Below, in pieces: positions 36,213 through 50,087 of a DNA stretch of 64,000 nucleotides; the first letter of the stretch is position 1, and each line of letters begins with the position of its first letter. Made by a program: the position numbers and the translations under genes. The notes beneath the pieces are model-generated. The model was given only the letters and a program-made list of their open reading frames with translations. It was not told the DNA's origin and searched no databases. The stretch spans positions 62,001-126,000 of the forward strand of contig JBPGPT010000022.1 of the NCBI GenBank assembly GCA_051047955.1, in the 5' to 3' direction. This DNA comes from Cystobasidiomycetes sp. EMM_F5. Lineage: Eukaryota.

Positions 36213-37916
36213 ATGCTCGTGCAATCGGCAATCAAAGGGTTGCCAAAGGCTGCGGTAGGGATAATGCTGAAGCGGAGTGTATGGTAAATAATCTAAGCTG
36301 ATACTACTGCAGCTCGCTCCCTTCTCCCGCTCTGCGACAACGCTAGGACTCGGAACCGCAAAAGTATCAGCGAGGGTAAGTGGGGAAGACAGCCTTCTGT
36401 AACATACACTAAGTCGAGAATGGACGATATATCTTTCACTTGCTCATAAACTAATCCATCCCGCCTGGACCGAACCTTGTTAATCCGCACTTGTCTTCCA
36501 CAGGCCCCGACAAAGTATGGAGGAGTTTATACCGTCACTCTGATACCGGGAGACGGCGTTGGCAAGGAGATTACAAACTCAGTCAAGGAGATCTTTGAAC
36601 ATGTCAACGTTCCAATCGAATTCGAAGAATTCGCCGTGTCTGGCGAGACGGATCCGAATGATACCGAGTTTAAAAAGTCTATGGACTCGCTCAGAAGGAA
36701 CAAGGTTGGCTTGAAAGGTTTGTTCATATTCCATGTCTGCTTCATGGTGTAGCGTGAGCTAATCACCGCTGCTTTGATGTGATAAACAGGCATTTTGTAC
36801 ACGCCAATCGAACGATCCGGCCACACATCCTGGAACGTAGCTATGCGTCAACAGCTCGATATCTACGCATCTGTCACGCTTTGTAAATCGTTGCCTGGAT
36901 TGAAAACGCGTCATGACAACGTCGACTTCGCCATTATTCGTGAAAACACGTGAGTGGGCAAAAATGGATGATATTGACCAGAAACTCGCTCATACAGTAA
37001 GTACGTGAATACAGAGAGGGTGAATACTCTGGTCTGGAACACCAGGCTGTCAATGGCGTCGTCGAGTCGCTCAAAATTATGACCCGGGCTAAAAGCGAGC
37101 GTATCGCTCGGTTTGCCTTTGATTTTGCACTCAAGAATGGTCGCAAGAAGGTTACGTGCGTTCACAAAGCCAATATTATGAAGCTAGGTTGTTATGCATT
37201 CATCTTTCAGCTGGAAATTTTGTTTTATTGAAGACTTGCACTTTTCCGGCAGGCGACGGTTTATTCCTCAATACCTGCCGCGAGATCGCTGAAGAGTACA
37301 AGGCCGCTGGCATAGCATTCAGCGACATGATTATCGATAATACGTGAGTGATGTTATGATATCTGCCGCGTTTGTCGTAGACGTCGCGGTCGATCCCGAT
37401 GTGGCGGTCCTGACAGCCATATTCGCTGTGCGATCAAAAGGCCTCTAGCTGACACTCTGTTGTCTGCCATAGTTCGATGCAACTGGTCGCCAAGCCTCAA
37501 CAATTTGACGTCATGGTCATGCCAAACTTGTACGGGTCCATCATCTCCAACATTGGGGCTGCGCTAGTCGGCGGACCGGGCATTGTTCCTGGAGCTTCAA
37601 TTGGGCGGGTGGGTGCAATCAATACCTCTACCGGGTGAGCCATACTAATAATATTCTAAATATACAGGAATTCGCCCTCTTCGAGCCTGGCTGCCGCCAC
37701 GTGGCCAAGGACATTCAAGGCAAGGACGTTGCCAACCCTGCTGCGATGATTCTCTCGTCTACAATGATGCTCCGGCATCTCGGCCTGGACCACGCTGCCA
37801 ACACGATTGCTGCGTCGGTGTACAAGGTCGTGAATGACCACAAGGTGCGCACACCCGACATGGGAGGCACTTCGCACACGACCGACTTTACCAAGGCTGT
37901 CATCGGTGCGCTATAG
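36213..37916 (+). CDS. IDH1: Mitochondrial NAD-dependent isocitrate dehydrogenase subunit 1 (regulatory), multi-exon
   Basis: [83 protein letters not shown] and [12 protein letters not shown] (Idh1-type motif). Confidence 0.95.
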
Positions 37917-38275
37917 TGCTTGGTGGGTTGTATGTGTGGAGGATTGCGGGGCATGATCTAGAGAGTGGCTATCGTTCAGGCCAGCTCAAATGAAACACAC
38001 TACCATGACTGCGCAACATGTACTAGACGTGCTCGTTATTTGTGTGCCGCTCCGTTGCCCAGCGTCTTCTTGCCAACACCACCCAAATTTGAACTGTCGC
38101 TCGAGCCCCCTGCGGCACCACTGAGCGCGTCTGACAAGGGGGGTGGTCTGAGTTTTCGAGCGAGGGCAGAGTATGTGAATGTTGTTGTAATGTTGCATTT
38201 GAATGGACTCGACTACTACTGCTGCCATCAGATTATAATGACAACCTGATAATCCCATCCATACAAACCACAATA

Positions 38276-41200
38276 ATGCCGCCCACTCCCATCGACGACC
38301 TCGTCAGCCTCGTCGGCGTCTCTGGGGGGCCATCCAGCTCATCGTCGACCGTGACCATTCCGTCCACCGAGAACATACTGAACACCCTGCAGCAGCGACA
38401 TCGCAGTGCTCCTCCAGATGAACGGCCGTGCGCTTGGGTCGGGCACTCGACGTTGCTCCTCGTCCACCCGCAGCGGGCACTCGAGTTGAACTCGGACAGC
38501 GGTGCGCGGCAGTATCAAGAACAGGTAGTTGACGATGGCTCAGTTCCAGCTGACGGTGACCATGTCGAGTCCACTACATTGTCCACGCCACTCCCGCCCC
38601 ACCCGTACAGTATCGCTGGACGGGCATTTGCGAGCATGCAGAGGAGCGGCACTTCCCAGGCAGTCGTATTCAGCGGCGTGTCGGGCTCCGGAAAGTCGTA
38701 CGCTTGCTCCCTCGTCCTGTCCCAGCTCCTCCGGATAGCGCAAGCCCAACCTGCCCCTGCATCTCCGTTGCCTCACTTGAAGAAACTACCAAAACTATGC
38801 CAGCAGATTCATGCTGCAGACACCCTCCTCTCCGCCTTTACCTGCGCAAAGACGGCTACTACTCCTAACGCATCCAGATCCGGGAGAATACTCGAACTCC
38901 ACTACTCTTCTGCATACGCAAATAAAAAGGACGATTCTGCACACTCCCCGCGGGTCCTGTACGGCGCAAAACTCCTCACCTTTGCATTCGATGCATCCCG
39001 CCTGTCCATCCCGCTAGGAAAGGAAGAGCGGTCATTTCATGTATTCTATCAGTTTTTAGCAGGAGCAACGGCAAGCGAACGACAAGCATACAGACTACCA
39101 GCAGACGCAAGCCACTATGAGCTCCTCGCAAGCTCGGCGTGCTTTACTCTCCCTCGCGGACACGACGCCGGACAATCTGGGTCGGATGAGATGTCATTTG
39201 CAGATTTACGTGCAGCGTTTGACATTCTCGGCATCAAGGCAAAGCACGTCGAGATGATCTTCAAACTCATCTCTGCCATTCTCCTACTGGGAAACATTCA
39301 CTTTACGTCGCTTGAAGCGGCCCACGAGTCCAATCAGGAGACGGTATCTGTATCGGCAGAGAGCATGCAGGCATTCGGTGATGCGGCCTCCCTTCTCGGC
39401 CTGAACCCAGAAGATCTCGAACGAGCGCTCGTCAACAAGACTGCTTACGTTCGTAAAGAGGTAGTATGTACCCTTCTAGACCAGCACGGCGCAACAAGGC
39501 AGAGAGACAGTCTGATGGCATCGCTCTATGCTATCCTCTGCTCGTACGTCGTCGAGTCTGCAAATCACCGAATCTATCCCGGAGATGATCAGATCAAGAA
39601 GATGCAACCCGAAGCCGGCGCAGCTTCCATCATCCTCCTCGACACACCTGGCTTTCAGACGAAATCTCCGTCAGGAGGTATGGCCTTTGCTAGTGGACTA
39701 GGCGATAGTACTAGCTCCAATACAGGCGCGGGACGACGGCAGACGCTGATCGATGCGTATGGTGAGGATGGATACGAGCAATTTACGCAAAACTGCTCTG
39801 CCGAATTGTTGCAGCACTGGCTGAATCGCAGGGCATTCAATGACGACTCTCACGATTTCGTCAAACGTGCCGTTGCCGATGGTATAAAGTTGCCAGAGGT
39901 AGACGTTCTCGATACGTCTGCCATGACGCTCGAGTTGCTTCGAGGTGGTGCAATTGGCTCGAGAGCAGACTCGAAATTAGGCGGCGTGCTGGGCGGTCTA
40001 GCAAAGACATGCTCCAATCTCCGTAAAGGCAAATTGTCGACCATCAAGGAAGCTGACGCTGCATTCTCTGATGGCATCGAGGAGCGATTTCGTGCTCACT
40101 CGCAATTCCTTGGGCGAATGAACACTGGATCCGGCACAAGTTTTGGAATCAAGCATTACGCAGGGACGGTGTCTTACTCTACCAAGCACTTTGTAGAGAA
40201 TGATTCCGACATGTTTGACTCGGAGTTTGTACGGCTCTTCAGGACGTTTTCAACTGAAACATTCTTGGCAAAGCTCTTTTCTGGACCGTGTCTGGCTGCC
40301 GAGTCTCACCCTCGTGATCAGTCGGTCGTCGTTGCTGCTCAGGTATCATCGCAGCCTCTGCGACACCTCAGCCCGCTCAAAGTCTCACGATCAGCTTCTA
40401 CTTCCGTCTCCTCGGATCCGCCCGAACCTGAGATCCAGCCAATCTCTACGCAGCTCAACGATACTCTGACCGACATTCTCGCTGTGCTCAATGAAGTGCC
40501 GGTATGGTCCGTTGCTTGTATACGTCCAAACGACGATGGTAACCCTTCAAGATTTGACGTCCGAAGAGTCAAGGATCAGATTGAAGGCATCGAGCTGCGC
40601 AACATGCTATCAAGAAAACGTGTCTTGTACGCCGAATCGTTCGAATATGCACAGTTTGCAAAGAGATACAAGACTATGGGTTTTGAGGTTGATGGAGCCG
40701 TTAGTGCCGAGATGGTGACAGACTTTCTGACTGGCAGAGGGCTCACCAAAGGCAAAGACTACGAAGTCGGAAAGGCATATGTTTGGCTATCATTTTCAGC
40801 GTGGATGAAGCTGGAACAGCCGTTACGCAAAGCCGAGGTGGACAAATTGCGAGAGGGAGAGGCGAGACAGCGCGCGTTGAATGTCGCAAACGCGCGCAAG
40901 TCACTGGAGGCGAAGAGCACTGCGGCAAGTAGCGATGGAGCCACTTCTCCTGTTTCCGGACAGCGTGGATTGTCTCAAACACTGGCGGCTACGGCTTCCA
41001 GAGATACACTTGTGCCTGGAGTCGACGGCGATGCATTCAAGGCAGGGTATGAAAACGAGTCGTCGGACAATCTCCTCAAGAATGCCACTCCTCATGCCGG
41101 GGCGGGCATGTATGGGGATATACCAGTTCCGACTATCCCGTACGATGCAGGCTATGCTCATCCAAACGCAAATTACATGCGGCAAAGTCAAATGTCGTTT

Positions 41201-44200
41201 GCAAACTCGATGCATGCTCCAAACACACCTGGCGCAAACGATGTATGGGGTCCCGAATGGAAGAATGCAAATAATGTGGAAAAGTCGCCTGCGAGTCCCA
41301 ACTTTCCAATCAGTACGAATGGTGCTGGCGGAAAAGATGGCAAGGCAAAGGGTGCAGCAAAGAACGGTGGGAAAGACAAACATGCCACAACGGTCGAAGA
41401 AGTTCCGACGAGCGGAGCCAGGAGAGCGTGGCTGATTCTCGTCTGGGCTTTCACATGGTGGATACCGTCGTTTATGCTCACCTATATCGGGCGGATGAAG
41501 CGGCCCGATGTCCGTATCGCCTGGCGAGAGAAGGTCACGCTGTGCATGCTCATCTTCTTGTGCTGTGGTAGTCTTGTGAGTGCAGCTGAACAGACTTGAC
41601 AACCATGCTGACATAGGCCTTTCTGGCTTTACAGCTCTTTCTGATTCTCGGGCTGGGTCAAGTCCTGTGTCCTCAGTTCGACAAGGCTTGGAATATAAAG
41701 GAACTTGTGAGTCCCGGTGGAATATGAGCGGAATGAGCCGTATGTACTGAAAGTCCACGCACGGTTAAGTCGTATCACCAGGGTCGGACAGACTATGTGA
41801 GTTGTGCACAAGTCGGCACTCACTCACCATAGTAACTTTGACACTTACTCGCTCGATGTTTTCTGTAGTGGGTTGGAGTTGCCGGACAAGCGTATGGTGG
41901 GTAGCTGCACAATCGTGGCATCAAACTGTTGTCTCACATTGCAAGAGCACAGACCTCACGAACTTTTACAAGTCTCAGCATTCGGATATCCAAGGAATGG
42001 ATGTGAATACAGACGATATGCTCGAGCTCGGAGGTAAAGACCTTACCAACTACTGTAAGCTCCCGCTTCGGATAACGACTAGATGACAGCTAATCACAAT
42101 GCCAGTCCCGGTTCCGTTAACATTGGGTTGCCCTGGACTTATCAACAACAATCGAGTGGTCCTTCAATCTGCAAATTTTACACCCAGTAAGTTTGGCTTG
42201 CCAAATAATAGCAAGCGATCAGTCTCTGACACGACGAGTTGCATCAGTCGTGTCAACAGCAATGCATGTTTCAGGTCAGACGCAATCCGTATCTTCATCC
42301 GCTCTTTTCCACCCAGACTGGTATACTGCAAACTTTATGTAAGCAGAGCGACATTTTCGTGGATGTTTTGCTTACTGGCTCTCAATGCAGGCCAAAGATG
42401 CAGAAGTATCACAAAGGCCCGCTTGTTTATACTATGGGCGATCTTGCGAAGGGAGCTGATGATAAGCGCATCTGGGCTATGTACAGGCAAAAAGTATATG
42501 ATATGTGAGTCTTGTCAGATATGCCACACAGGGCTATACTCAGTGCTCCATTCAGCTCCGATTACGTCTACACTGTCAACACCATGAACGATGACAATAC
42601 TTACCAGTTCCTACCAACAACTGTCACCGACTTGTTTCAGCAGTCTCCAGGTACCGACATTACCTCAGAACTCGATGCTCTCCCGGCCGAGTCTCTAAGC
42701 GACGATCAGAAAGCGCAAACTTTGAACTGCTTGAACAATGTCTTCTACCGTGGAGATTTCGATTTCCGCGTCACTCCACGCTGTACCGTACAGAGCTGGT
42801 TTCTTCTGGCTTTCTCTATCGTCTTGATAGTCACCATCGCTGCCAAGTTCGTCGCAGCCTTACAGATCACCAAAAAGCGCAACCCGGAGCTTCAGGACAA
42901 GTTCATCATTTGCCAAGTACCGTGTTATACCGAAGGCGAAGATTCGCTCAAACGCACGATTGACTCGCTTGCCAACCTCAAGTATGACGATAAGCGCAAG
43001 CTGCTATTTGTGATATGCGACGGCATGATTGTTGGAAGCGGAAATGACAGACCAACTCCACGCATTGTTCTCGATATCCTCGGTGTAGAGAATCTCGACC
43101 CAGACCCACTGCTCTTCAAGTCGCTTGGCAACGGCAACAGGCAATTAAATTATGTAAGACGGTTTCCATTTTGGCAGTCATGAAGCTGACGGATGTGTGC
43201 GTAGGCCAAGGTCTATTCAGGTTTATACGAATTCGAAGGGCATGTTCTACCCTTCCTTGTTGTCGTCAAGGTCGGCAAGCCGAGCGAACGCTCCAAGCCT
43301 GGAAATCGTGGCAAGCGAGATAGTCAAATCCTTCTCATGCGATTCCTCAATCGCGTGCACCTGGATTCGGAAATGTCGCCACTCGAACTTGAGATATATC
43401 ATCAGATCAAGAATGTCATCGGCGTCGACCCCAAGCTCTACGAATTCCTACTGACCGTGGACGCCGATACAGAAGTCAAGCCAGACTCGCTCAATCGGCT
43501 AGTCGCTGTGGCTGCTGACGATTCTTCCATTATCGGCTTATGCGGAGAAACAAAGCTTTCCAATGAGCAGGAATCCTGGTGGACGATGATCCAGGTATAC
43601 GAGTACTACATCTCGCATCATCTGGCAAAAGCTTTTGAAAGGTAATGAAAGAGCTTTGTAAGCACATCGTCTACTGACATGCTCCGTATCACTGCAGCTT
43701 GTTTGGATCCGTAACGTGCCTACCAGGCTGTTTCACCCTATTCCGATTGCGTACAGCGGACAAGGGCCGCCCTCTGCTTATATCCAATCTTGTGATTGAT
43801 GACTATGCTGAGAACGATGTCGACACCCTCCACAAGAAGAACCTGCTCCACCTCGGAGAAGATCGATATCTCACGACTCTCATTTTGAAGCATTTCCCAA
43901 CATTCAAGACCAAGTTTACTCCCGATGCCCGCGCTATGACCGCAGCTCCCGAGAGGTGGAACATCCTACTGTCGCAGCGTCGCAGATGGATTAATTCCAC
44001 CATCCATAATCTGTTTGAGCTGGTTGCATTGAAGGATTTGTGCGGTTTTTGCTGCTTCAGCATGAGGTTCATTGTCTTCATAGATCTTCTCGGCACGATC
44101 ATGTTACCGGCAACAACCGTCTACCTCGTCTATCTGATAGTAACGGTCGCCACTAAAGCTGCCTCTCCGCCTCTCATTTCTCTGATCATGCTGGGTGCTG

Positions 44201-45417
44201 TGTATGGTCTGCAAGCGATCATCTTCCTCCTCAAACGGCAATGGCAATTCATCGGCTGGCTCGTCATCTATATTCTCGCCTACCCGTATGTAATATTCCA
44301 CAACTTGCTTGTAGATGCGGAACCTGAACTCTGCTCTGTAAAGTGTGTACTCCTTCTTCCTTCCCCTGTACTCTTTCTGGCACTTTGACGACTTCAGTGT
44401 AAGGTCCAGTACTTTTGCCACTTACGGAAGTTCTGATAATTGTCCTCGGGATAGTGGGGCAACACCCGTGTCGTCGTAGGGGAAGGCAAGAACAAGAAAA
44501 TCCTTGCTGGCGATGATGATCACTATGACGGTAAGATAGCTTATAATCTCCGAATGTCTAGGCTGAACGCTTGTGCAGACTCTATGATACCACTTCGCAA
44601 ATTCTCAGACTATCAGAGGGCAGCATGGGATACACAGACAAAATTCGGCCACTCGCCGCAGCGTTCCGAGGCAGGATTCAGCCTAGCTCCGCCTGCACAT
44701 CGACAAAGCCCGCAAGGCTCAGTAGCGGGAGGTTACACACATTCGCGCAACGGCTCTCGTCCTGCCACGCTCATGAACTATCCAGCTGGTCCGCAACCCG
44801 TTTTCTCCCCCTTCAGTCAAGGCAACCCAGGGGCCTACTCGAGAGCAGGATCGGCTGTTGGTAGCGATCACGGAGGCTATCAGCAGCCAGTCAACCCTTA
44901 TAGAGCGAGTCAGATGTCTTTCAATCCATACATGCAGTCGCAGAGCGCGCTCGGCATGCCCAGTCAGCCATACGCTACACCGGGCACGATGACTGCAAGA
45001 AACAGTTCGTACACTCTGTCGAATTGGGTTGCACCGCAGCACGCGGCTACGTATGCTGCCGCGCCAGGTAACCCGTTCGCTGACCCAAGCCAAAATCCAA
45101 CGGCGGTCGCAGTCGATCCGACGAACCCGACGGATGCCGAGCTACTTACGGCACTCCGACAATATCTTCGCACTCAGGACTTGCTGAAGATAACAAAGGT
45201 AAGTGAACCTAGATTGAGGTGTCCTCCGGCCGCGACTCAAGTCCTACCCTTACAGCGGTCAACCCGCGAAGCAGTCGCCACTATATTCCCACAGGCGGAT
45301 CTTACTAGTCGAAAAGCATACCTCAATCAGTCCATTGATGCCATCCTACAAGGTACATACGTTCTATTGTATTCCTAAGATATTGAGCGCTGATGACGGA
45401 TCGCAGGTCAAGTGTAA
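38276..45417 (+). CDS. Chitin synthase with N-terminal myosin motor-like domain, cyt-b5-like region, Chitin_synth_2 domain and DEK_C (class V/VII group)
   Basis: Myosin-like [50 protein letters not shown]. Synthase motifs [60 protein letters not shown]-terminal DEK_C (PTDAELL...[14 protein letters not shown]). Confidence 0.95.
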
Positions 45418-45665
45418 CGTGCAGTTGATTCATGCCAATACCCGCAGTGCCTGTAGATTACGCCTCCTGTTGTTTTCCAGTTCTCGCACCATGCACAAGG
45501 ACACTGTTAGCTCATGAAGCTGCGGCGGCAGAACGTACTGACCAACTAGGCTCCCTATCACACGCTGACGGGATGTTTGGCAGTCGGCACGGTGCCGATA
45601 CCAGTCATAAGAGGTTGGATGTATGCGATTCGACTCCTTGTGTTGGCTTTTAAATCGATATCGTC

Positions 45666-47695
45666 ATGCCACCTGCGAGCCGGATGCAAGCGGGACTAGC
45701 GGCTGGAGTTACTGATGAATCAGACTCTTACTCCTCCTCTGATGAGACCGATTCACTAAGCTCCCCTTTTCGCGCCACCTTTATCGCAAATGCAGATGAT
45801 AGCCGATATAGCCAGCAGTCGAATGCTCCTGCACAACAATCAAGAACGAAGACCGGCAGCTCAAACGCACCGACGAGTCGATTGACGCGGCAATTTAGCG
45901 CTGCAGAGTCGGCTTCAATAGTATCTAAATCGACTAAATCAGTCGTGGCATTCAACGCCAGAGACGCTATAACTGGACATCCTTTGTTGGACCCGGTCCT
46001 CGGATCAGATGGACTCAGTAAGTGTGTCTTTTGGCATTTAGACGGCTTTACCGGCTCATCAACTTCTGGACAGTACATGATCGATGGTCACTGTTGGATT
46101 TTCATGATTGTCGAAAGAGACCTTTCCAAATGTACGCCGCTGCTGACGCTGATTGACGGGACAGCCGCTCACGGACATAAGGTATCAGTCTAGGGGACGT
46201 TATTCAGCTGAAGGATGCTATTCTGTCAGCACACCCAGAACGTCGTCAATTCCTATCCTCCAAGCGGTCTTCATACCGGGCGACAGCAATAGACATGTGC
46301 ACTTCGACTGATCATAACAAGATGGAAGACTGCATCACCATGCTGTCTGATGTTCTTCTGTGGAAGAAGGACGATGTGGAGATTCTGACCCGGCGAGCTG
46401 TATTGCGCTACCGCTTACGCTTGCTAGAAGACGCGAAACATGACCTGGACAGGGCTATAAGCATCTCAACGGCTAGTCCGGCCGGCGTTCCGAGCTTAGA
46501 CAGCCTCCGATATCGAGGTGCCGTGCATTCAGAAATCCGAGACTTTGACAGTGCCCTGCTCGATATCGAAAAGGCGTTGGCACAGGCGGAGCATGATCCA
46601 CTATCACTCAGTTTGAGAGCCATGGTCAAAGCTGGAAAGGGGGATTTCGAAGAAGCGGAGTCAGATCTTCAAGCCGTAGCGGAAGCGCTTGAGACTGGAC
46701 AAGGTTCTCAGAGGTGCGCGAAGGACAGGACTTGCACAGAGTCACAAGAGCCCTGATGCTTTTGCTACAAACTTCGTAGCTCGCTTGCCAATGAAACGCG
46801 AGACATGGATCTTTGCGCTAAGGGATGGGCACATAGCTCGGTGAGTCGCGCCATAGCATTTTCCAATGTTCAGATGTAACAATCAATTTCTGCATCCGCA
46901 GCTTGGTGACATCAGTGCGGCTTTGCAAGCATTCCAGCTTGCACAATCTCTGCGACCCTTCGACCCGTACACCACAGCCTGCACTGGTATCGCTTACGTG
47001 CACATGGGTCTGCAGCTGCAAAGCGAAGGCGCCGCAAGCGAGGCGAATGATCGGACAAGCCAAGGTATTGCCGAGCTGACCTCAGCCGTCGGGGTCGTCA
47101 TGGCAGTCACAAGAGGTGGGTCGCCGGAAGCAATCTCAGGGGCTGGTTGCGGAAAAGCGGACAGCCTATCGTCAAGCCGTGCATATGATGCTTTCTTCCT
47201 TCGAGGTATTGTGAGGTAATCGCACATGCGTTTGAAGAAGGCTGAGAATAAGGCGTATATAGGTATGGCTTATTTTGCATTGGAGTACGTCATCCCGGTA
47301 CTATGAAGAAGCACTCATCTTTGACGTCCAGATGAATTGGCAGAGAATTCGAGGCGTCTTTGTCAGACTTCGAGGTTGCTCAAAAGATCCGACCGAGCAT
47401 CATGAAAAGTACTGGAGAATTCCAGTGAGGAAAGCCTGTTCTGCTCGGAAGGAGTTGAGACCTAACGTCACTTGTCTGTATCATTCTGTCCGCTCCTTGC
47501 AGCTGTATGCTTGCGATCCTTCTGGCTGAAACTGGGCAGAGTGGTGAGAGGTCGATGTGCCAATAATAGACCGCATGAAAGCTGAGGTTTATGCGGTGAG
47601 CAGAAGAAGCTGCCCACAATTTCGATATGGCCATGGCTTTGAAACCGGATGCGCGAGAAGCATATTTGAGCAAGAGAATAGAGTATGGATTATAA
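45666..47695 (+). CDS. TPR-repeat protein of unknown function, multi-exon
   Basis: TPR-like helices (ILTRRAVLRYRL..LEDAKHDLDRAI, RYRGAVHSEIRDFDSALLDIEKAL, AFFLRGMAYFALEEFEASLSDFEVA) follow a Ser-rich N-terminus. Splicing reaches TAA at 47695. Confidence 0.72.
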
Positions 47696-47775
47696 GGGCA
47701 ACAGTCTGTCGCGTGTCCATGCCGCTGTTTATGTATATTTAGTTGCTTTGATGACCGTTGACATTCGACCGTTGT

Positions 47776-48903
47776 TTATGTATCATCCTTAGCACTGAGC
47801 GCTTGATAGGACTTCGTCAAATCGAACGCCTCTAGCTGCTTCAATACTTCAGACTCGGCCATGAAGGAGTGTGGAATATCCTGTAAAAGCCGCCGTTGAA
47901 CTTGTAGTTTATGGGTCCATTCGTCGTCGCTAGGATAAGCCACGACAGCATGCGGTCTATCGAAATCCACCGCCGAAAGCACGCGCTCATGATTCGAAAA
48001 TGGTGCATAAACAATGTTTGTGCAGCCCTCCGTGATGGGTTCGTTATGGCTTGTCAGAAAGACGCGGACATCGCAAGAGTTGTGGATTCGCAGCTACGAC
48101 GGCCGTCAGTCAGCATATGGCTGGCGAAATGTCTGAGTTGAGAATTACTCGCCTGATGACATCCCAGCATGAAGACACATTGCCTTGCATTTTGCACAAA
48201 CACGCTACCGGTCACGGTTGGAGCGAGTACAAGACACCGATCAAGCTGGTTGAGATATATCGCCGAAACTTGCTGCGCCCTCAAGTCGACAATGCACTCG
48301 ACCAGGTTTGAGAGAGAATGGCTGCCACCGACCACGCCGAATGCAGCATCGCTGATGATGTGTTCACGTTGGCGTTTTGACACGAGCCCAGGGGACGTAG
48401 TTTTCTGGACAGAGTATTCCGGTGACTTTGCATCTGTCACGACATCTGCTGTAGATGGCTCCTTCTCGACGCGTTTTGCTTTTCGAAACCCAAATCTTGG
48501 TGCAGACTGTGGTACCTCAGGCATTGTAAGGCGTTCCAGGCGATCTAAGAGCTGGACAGGGCGTCGAAGGAAGAGTGCCACTCTCAGATAAGCATTTTGA
48601 GGGTAGTGTAGCCCATTTCCCCACCTCGCGAGCCTTCTTTTGTTCGTATGCTGGCCATTGACCGGCTTGCAAGTCAGCCGTCCGGCGGAGATTCAGGAGT
48701 TCCTCGAGGGAATTAAGAGAATCAGTAGCGTTATGGGCCTCCAAGAAGTCTGGGCACATTGTGCACCCAGTGATGAATCCGACAAGACATCAGCTTTACG
48801 TGCATAATTTTCACGCGTTTGACACCGGGAAAAAGCCCGTACGGTTAGTCCTCGCTGTCCAGTGTGCGTACGAGGATGGAGAGTGGTGCATGTGTGTTTG
48901 CAT
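47776..48903 (-). CDS. TBCC: Tubulin-binding cofactor C (Cin2/Tbc1-like), multi-exon
   Basis: N-terminal WPAYEQ...PRFGFRK, then C-CAP/TBCC beta-helix GSVFVQNARQCVFMLGCHQLRIHNS...PITEGCTNIVYAPF, with the catalytic Arg in QLRIH. Confidence 0.85.
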
Positions 48904-49121
48904 GTTTTTTTGCGGAAATGCAAGCTGTTCTCGGCTATCGGATCCGTAGGATAGCGCCACCGGACGGCTCTTTGCGAAAAGCAATGCAACAACTATGGGG
49001 CTTTCTTTGCTCTCAACCAGTTACTGCAAAGCTGAACCGCTGCAAGCTGCACAAGACGACGCAGCAGGCCTGGGGCTGCAAAGTATTCCAATCGCAATAG
49101 CCGGCAACCTGCGGCGTCTAA

Positions 49122-50087
49122 ATGGCGGGGTACGCCGTCTATGACTTCAACGCACAAGAGGCTTCGATGGGCACACCAGGCTTCAGCAGCAACGGGGCAG
49201 GCAGCACGAGTATGGGCGGATACGGGAGCAATGGCGGGTTCAGCGAGGACGACTTGCTCGCTTCTCTGGCCAGCTTCGGGGTAGAAGGGCAGACGGAACG
49301 AGATCTCGCGACAATCAAGGCAATGCTCAGCAACGGCAGCGGAGCAAACGGCGTACACGCTTTCCAGCAGGCAGCAGTAGCTCAGCAGGGCTGGAATGCA
49401 TACCTTCAGACGGCTGGAAACCCTCCGCCAAATACGCCAACTCTGGGAAAGTCGCTCGAGCTGCAGGGCATGAATATCCACCTCGGGACTCCCAGCGGAT
49501 CCTCTGGAACACGGCGGCGGGACGTCAGCCTCGACAGAGACTACCTCAACAGCTTACAATATCAACAGCTCCAAGCCCAGCAGCAACAACAGCCATACAC
49601 GTGCCGGCCAGGTCATAATGCCGAACAGAGTTTGGGAATGGATGGTATTGAAGTGTCGGACAATGACGACGCAATGGACTGCGGTGAAGGTACCAGCTAC
49701 AGCCAGTCTGTATCGTTTCAATACCAAAGCCCTCCACCGCTCCAGCCTGTGCCGATACCGTTCAGCTTCAACCAGCAACAACCCCCGATAAATCACCAGC
49801 GTTATCATCACCGACGCAAATCTGGCCACGGCCGGACATCGTCCACCAATGTCATGGAGGACATAGTAGAGGAAGATCGCTTCAATGCAGATGGCTTTCC
49901 TTCGCAAACTCTGCAACAAAGGTCCGGCTTATCGGATGTGGTAACCTCCGCCGACCACGTAAACGGATCGGCAAGCCCCTTACAATTTCGGCAATCCAAT
50001 AACAGTAGTCCTGCTCCAGAACCACCGACTACACGCAGTCGTTCGAGAGCGATAGCCGCCGCAGCTGCTTCCCGAGCTCTACCGTAA
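49122..50087 (+). CDS. Hypothetical Gln/Ser/Pro-rich disordered protein, 321 aa, single exon
   Basis: Long intact ORF between two identified genes with poly-Q and a PPPNTP motif. No recognisable domain. Confidence 0.7.
   Translation: MAGYAVYDFNAQEASMGTPGFSSNGAGSTSMGGYGSNGGFSEDDLLASLASFGVEGQTERDLATIKAMLSNGSGANGVHAFQQAAVAQQGWNAYLQTAGNPPPNTPTLGKSLELQGMNIHLGTPSGSSGTRRRDVSLDRDYLNSLQYQQLQAQQQQQPYTCRPGHNAEQSLGMDGIEVSDNDDAMDCGEGTSYSQSVSFQYQSPPPLQPVPIPFSFNQQQPPINHQRYHHRRKSGHGRTSSTNVMEDIVEEDRFNADGFPSQTLQQRSGLSDVVTSADHVNGSASPLQFRQSNNSSPAPEPPTTRSRSRAIAAAAASRALP

Noticed and set aside
37344..37471. Long IDH1 intron with hairpins, GTGATGT and CTGA as a possible C/D snoRNA
   Set aside because: The C box is imperfect, there is no terminal stem, and I cannot tie the guide to a known methylation site. 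The support is too weak.
40901..41758. 285-aa antisense ORF; similar antisense ORFs at 1018-1524 and 18413-19057
   Set aside because: Antisense shadows of well-supported genes, with no domain signal.
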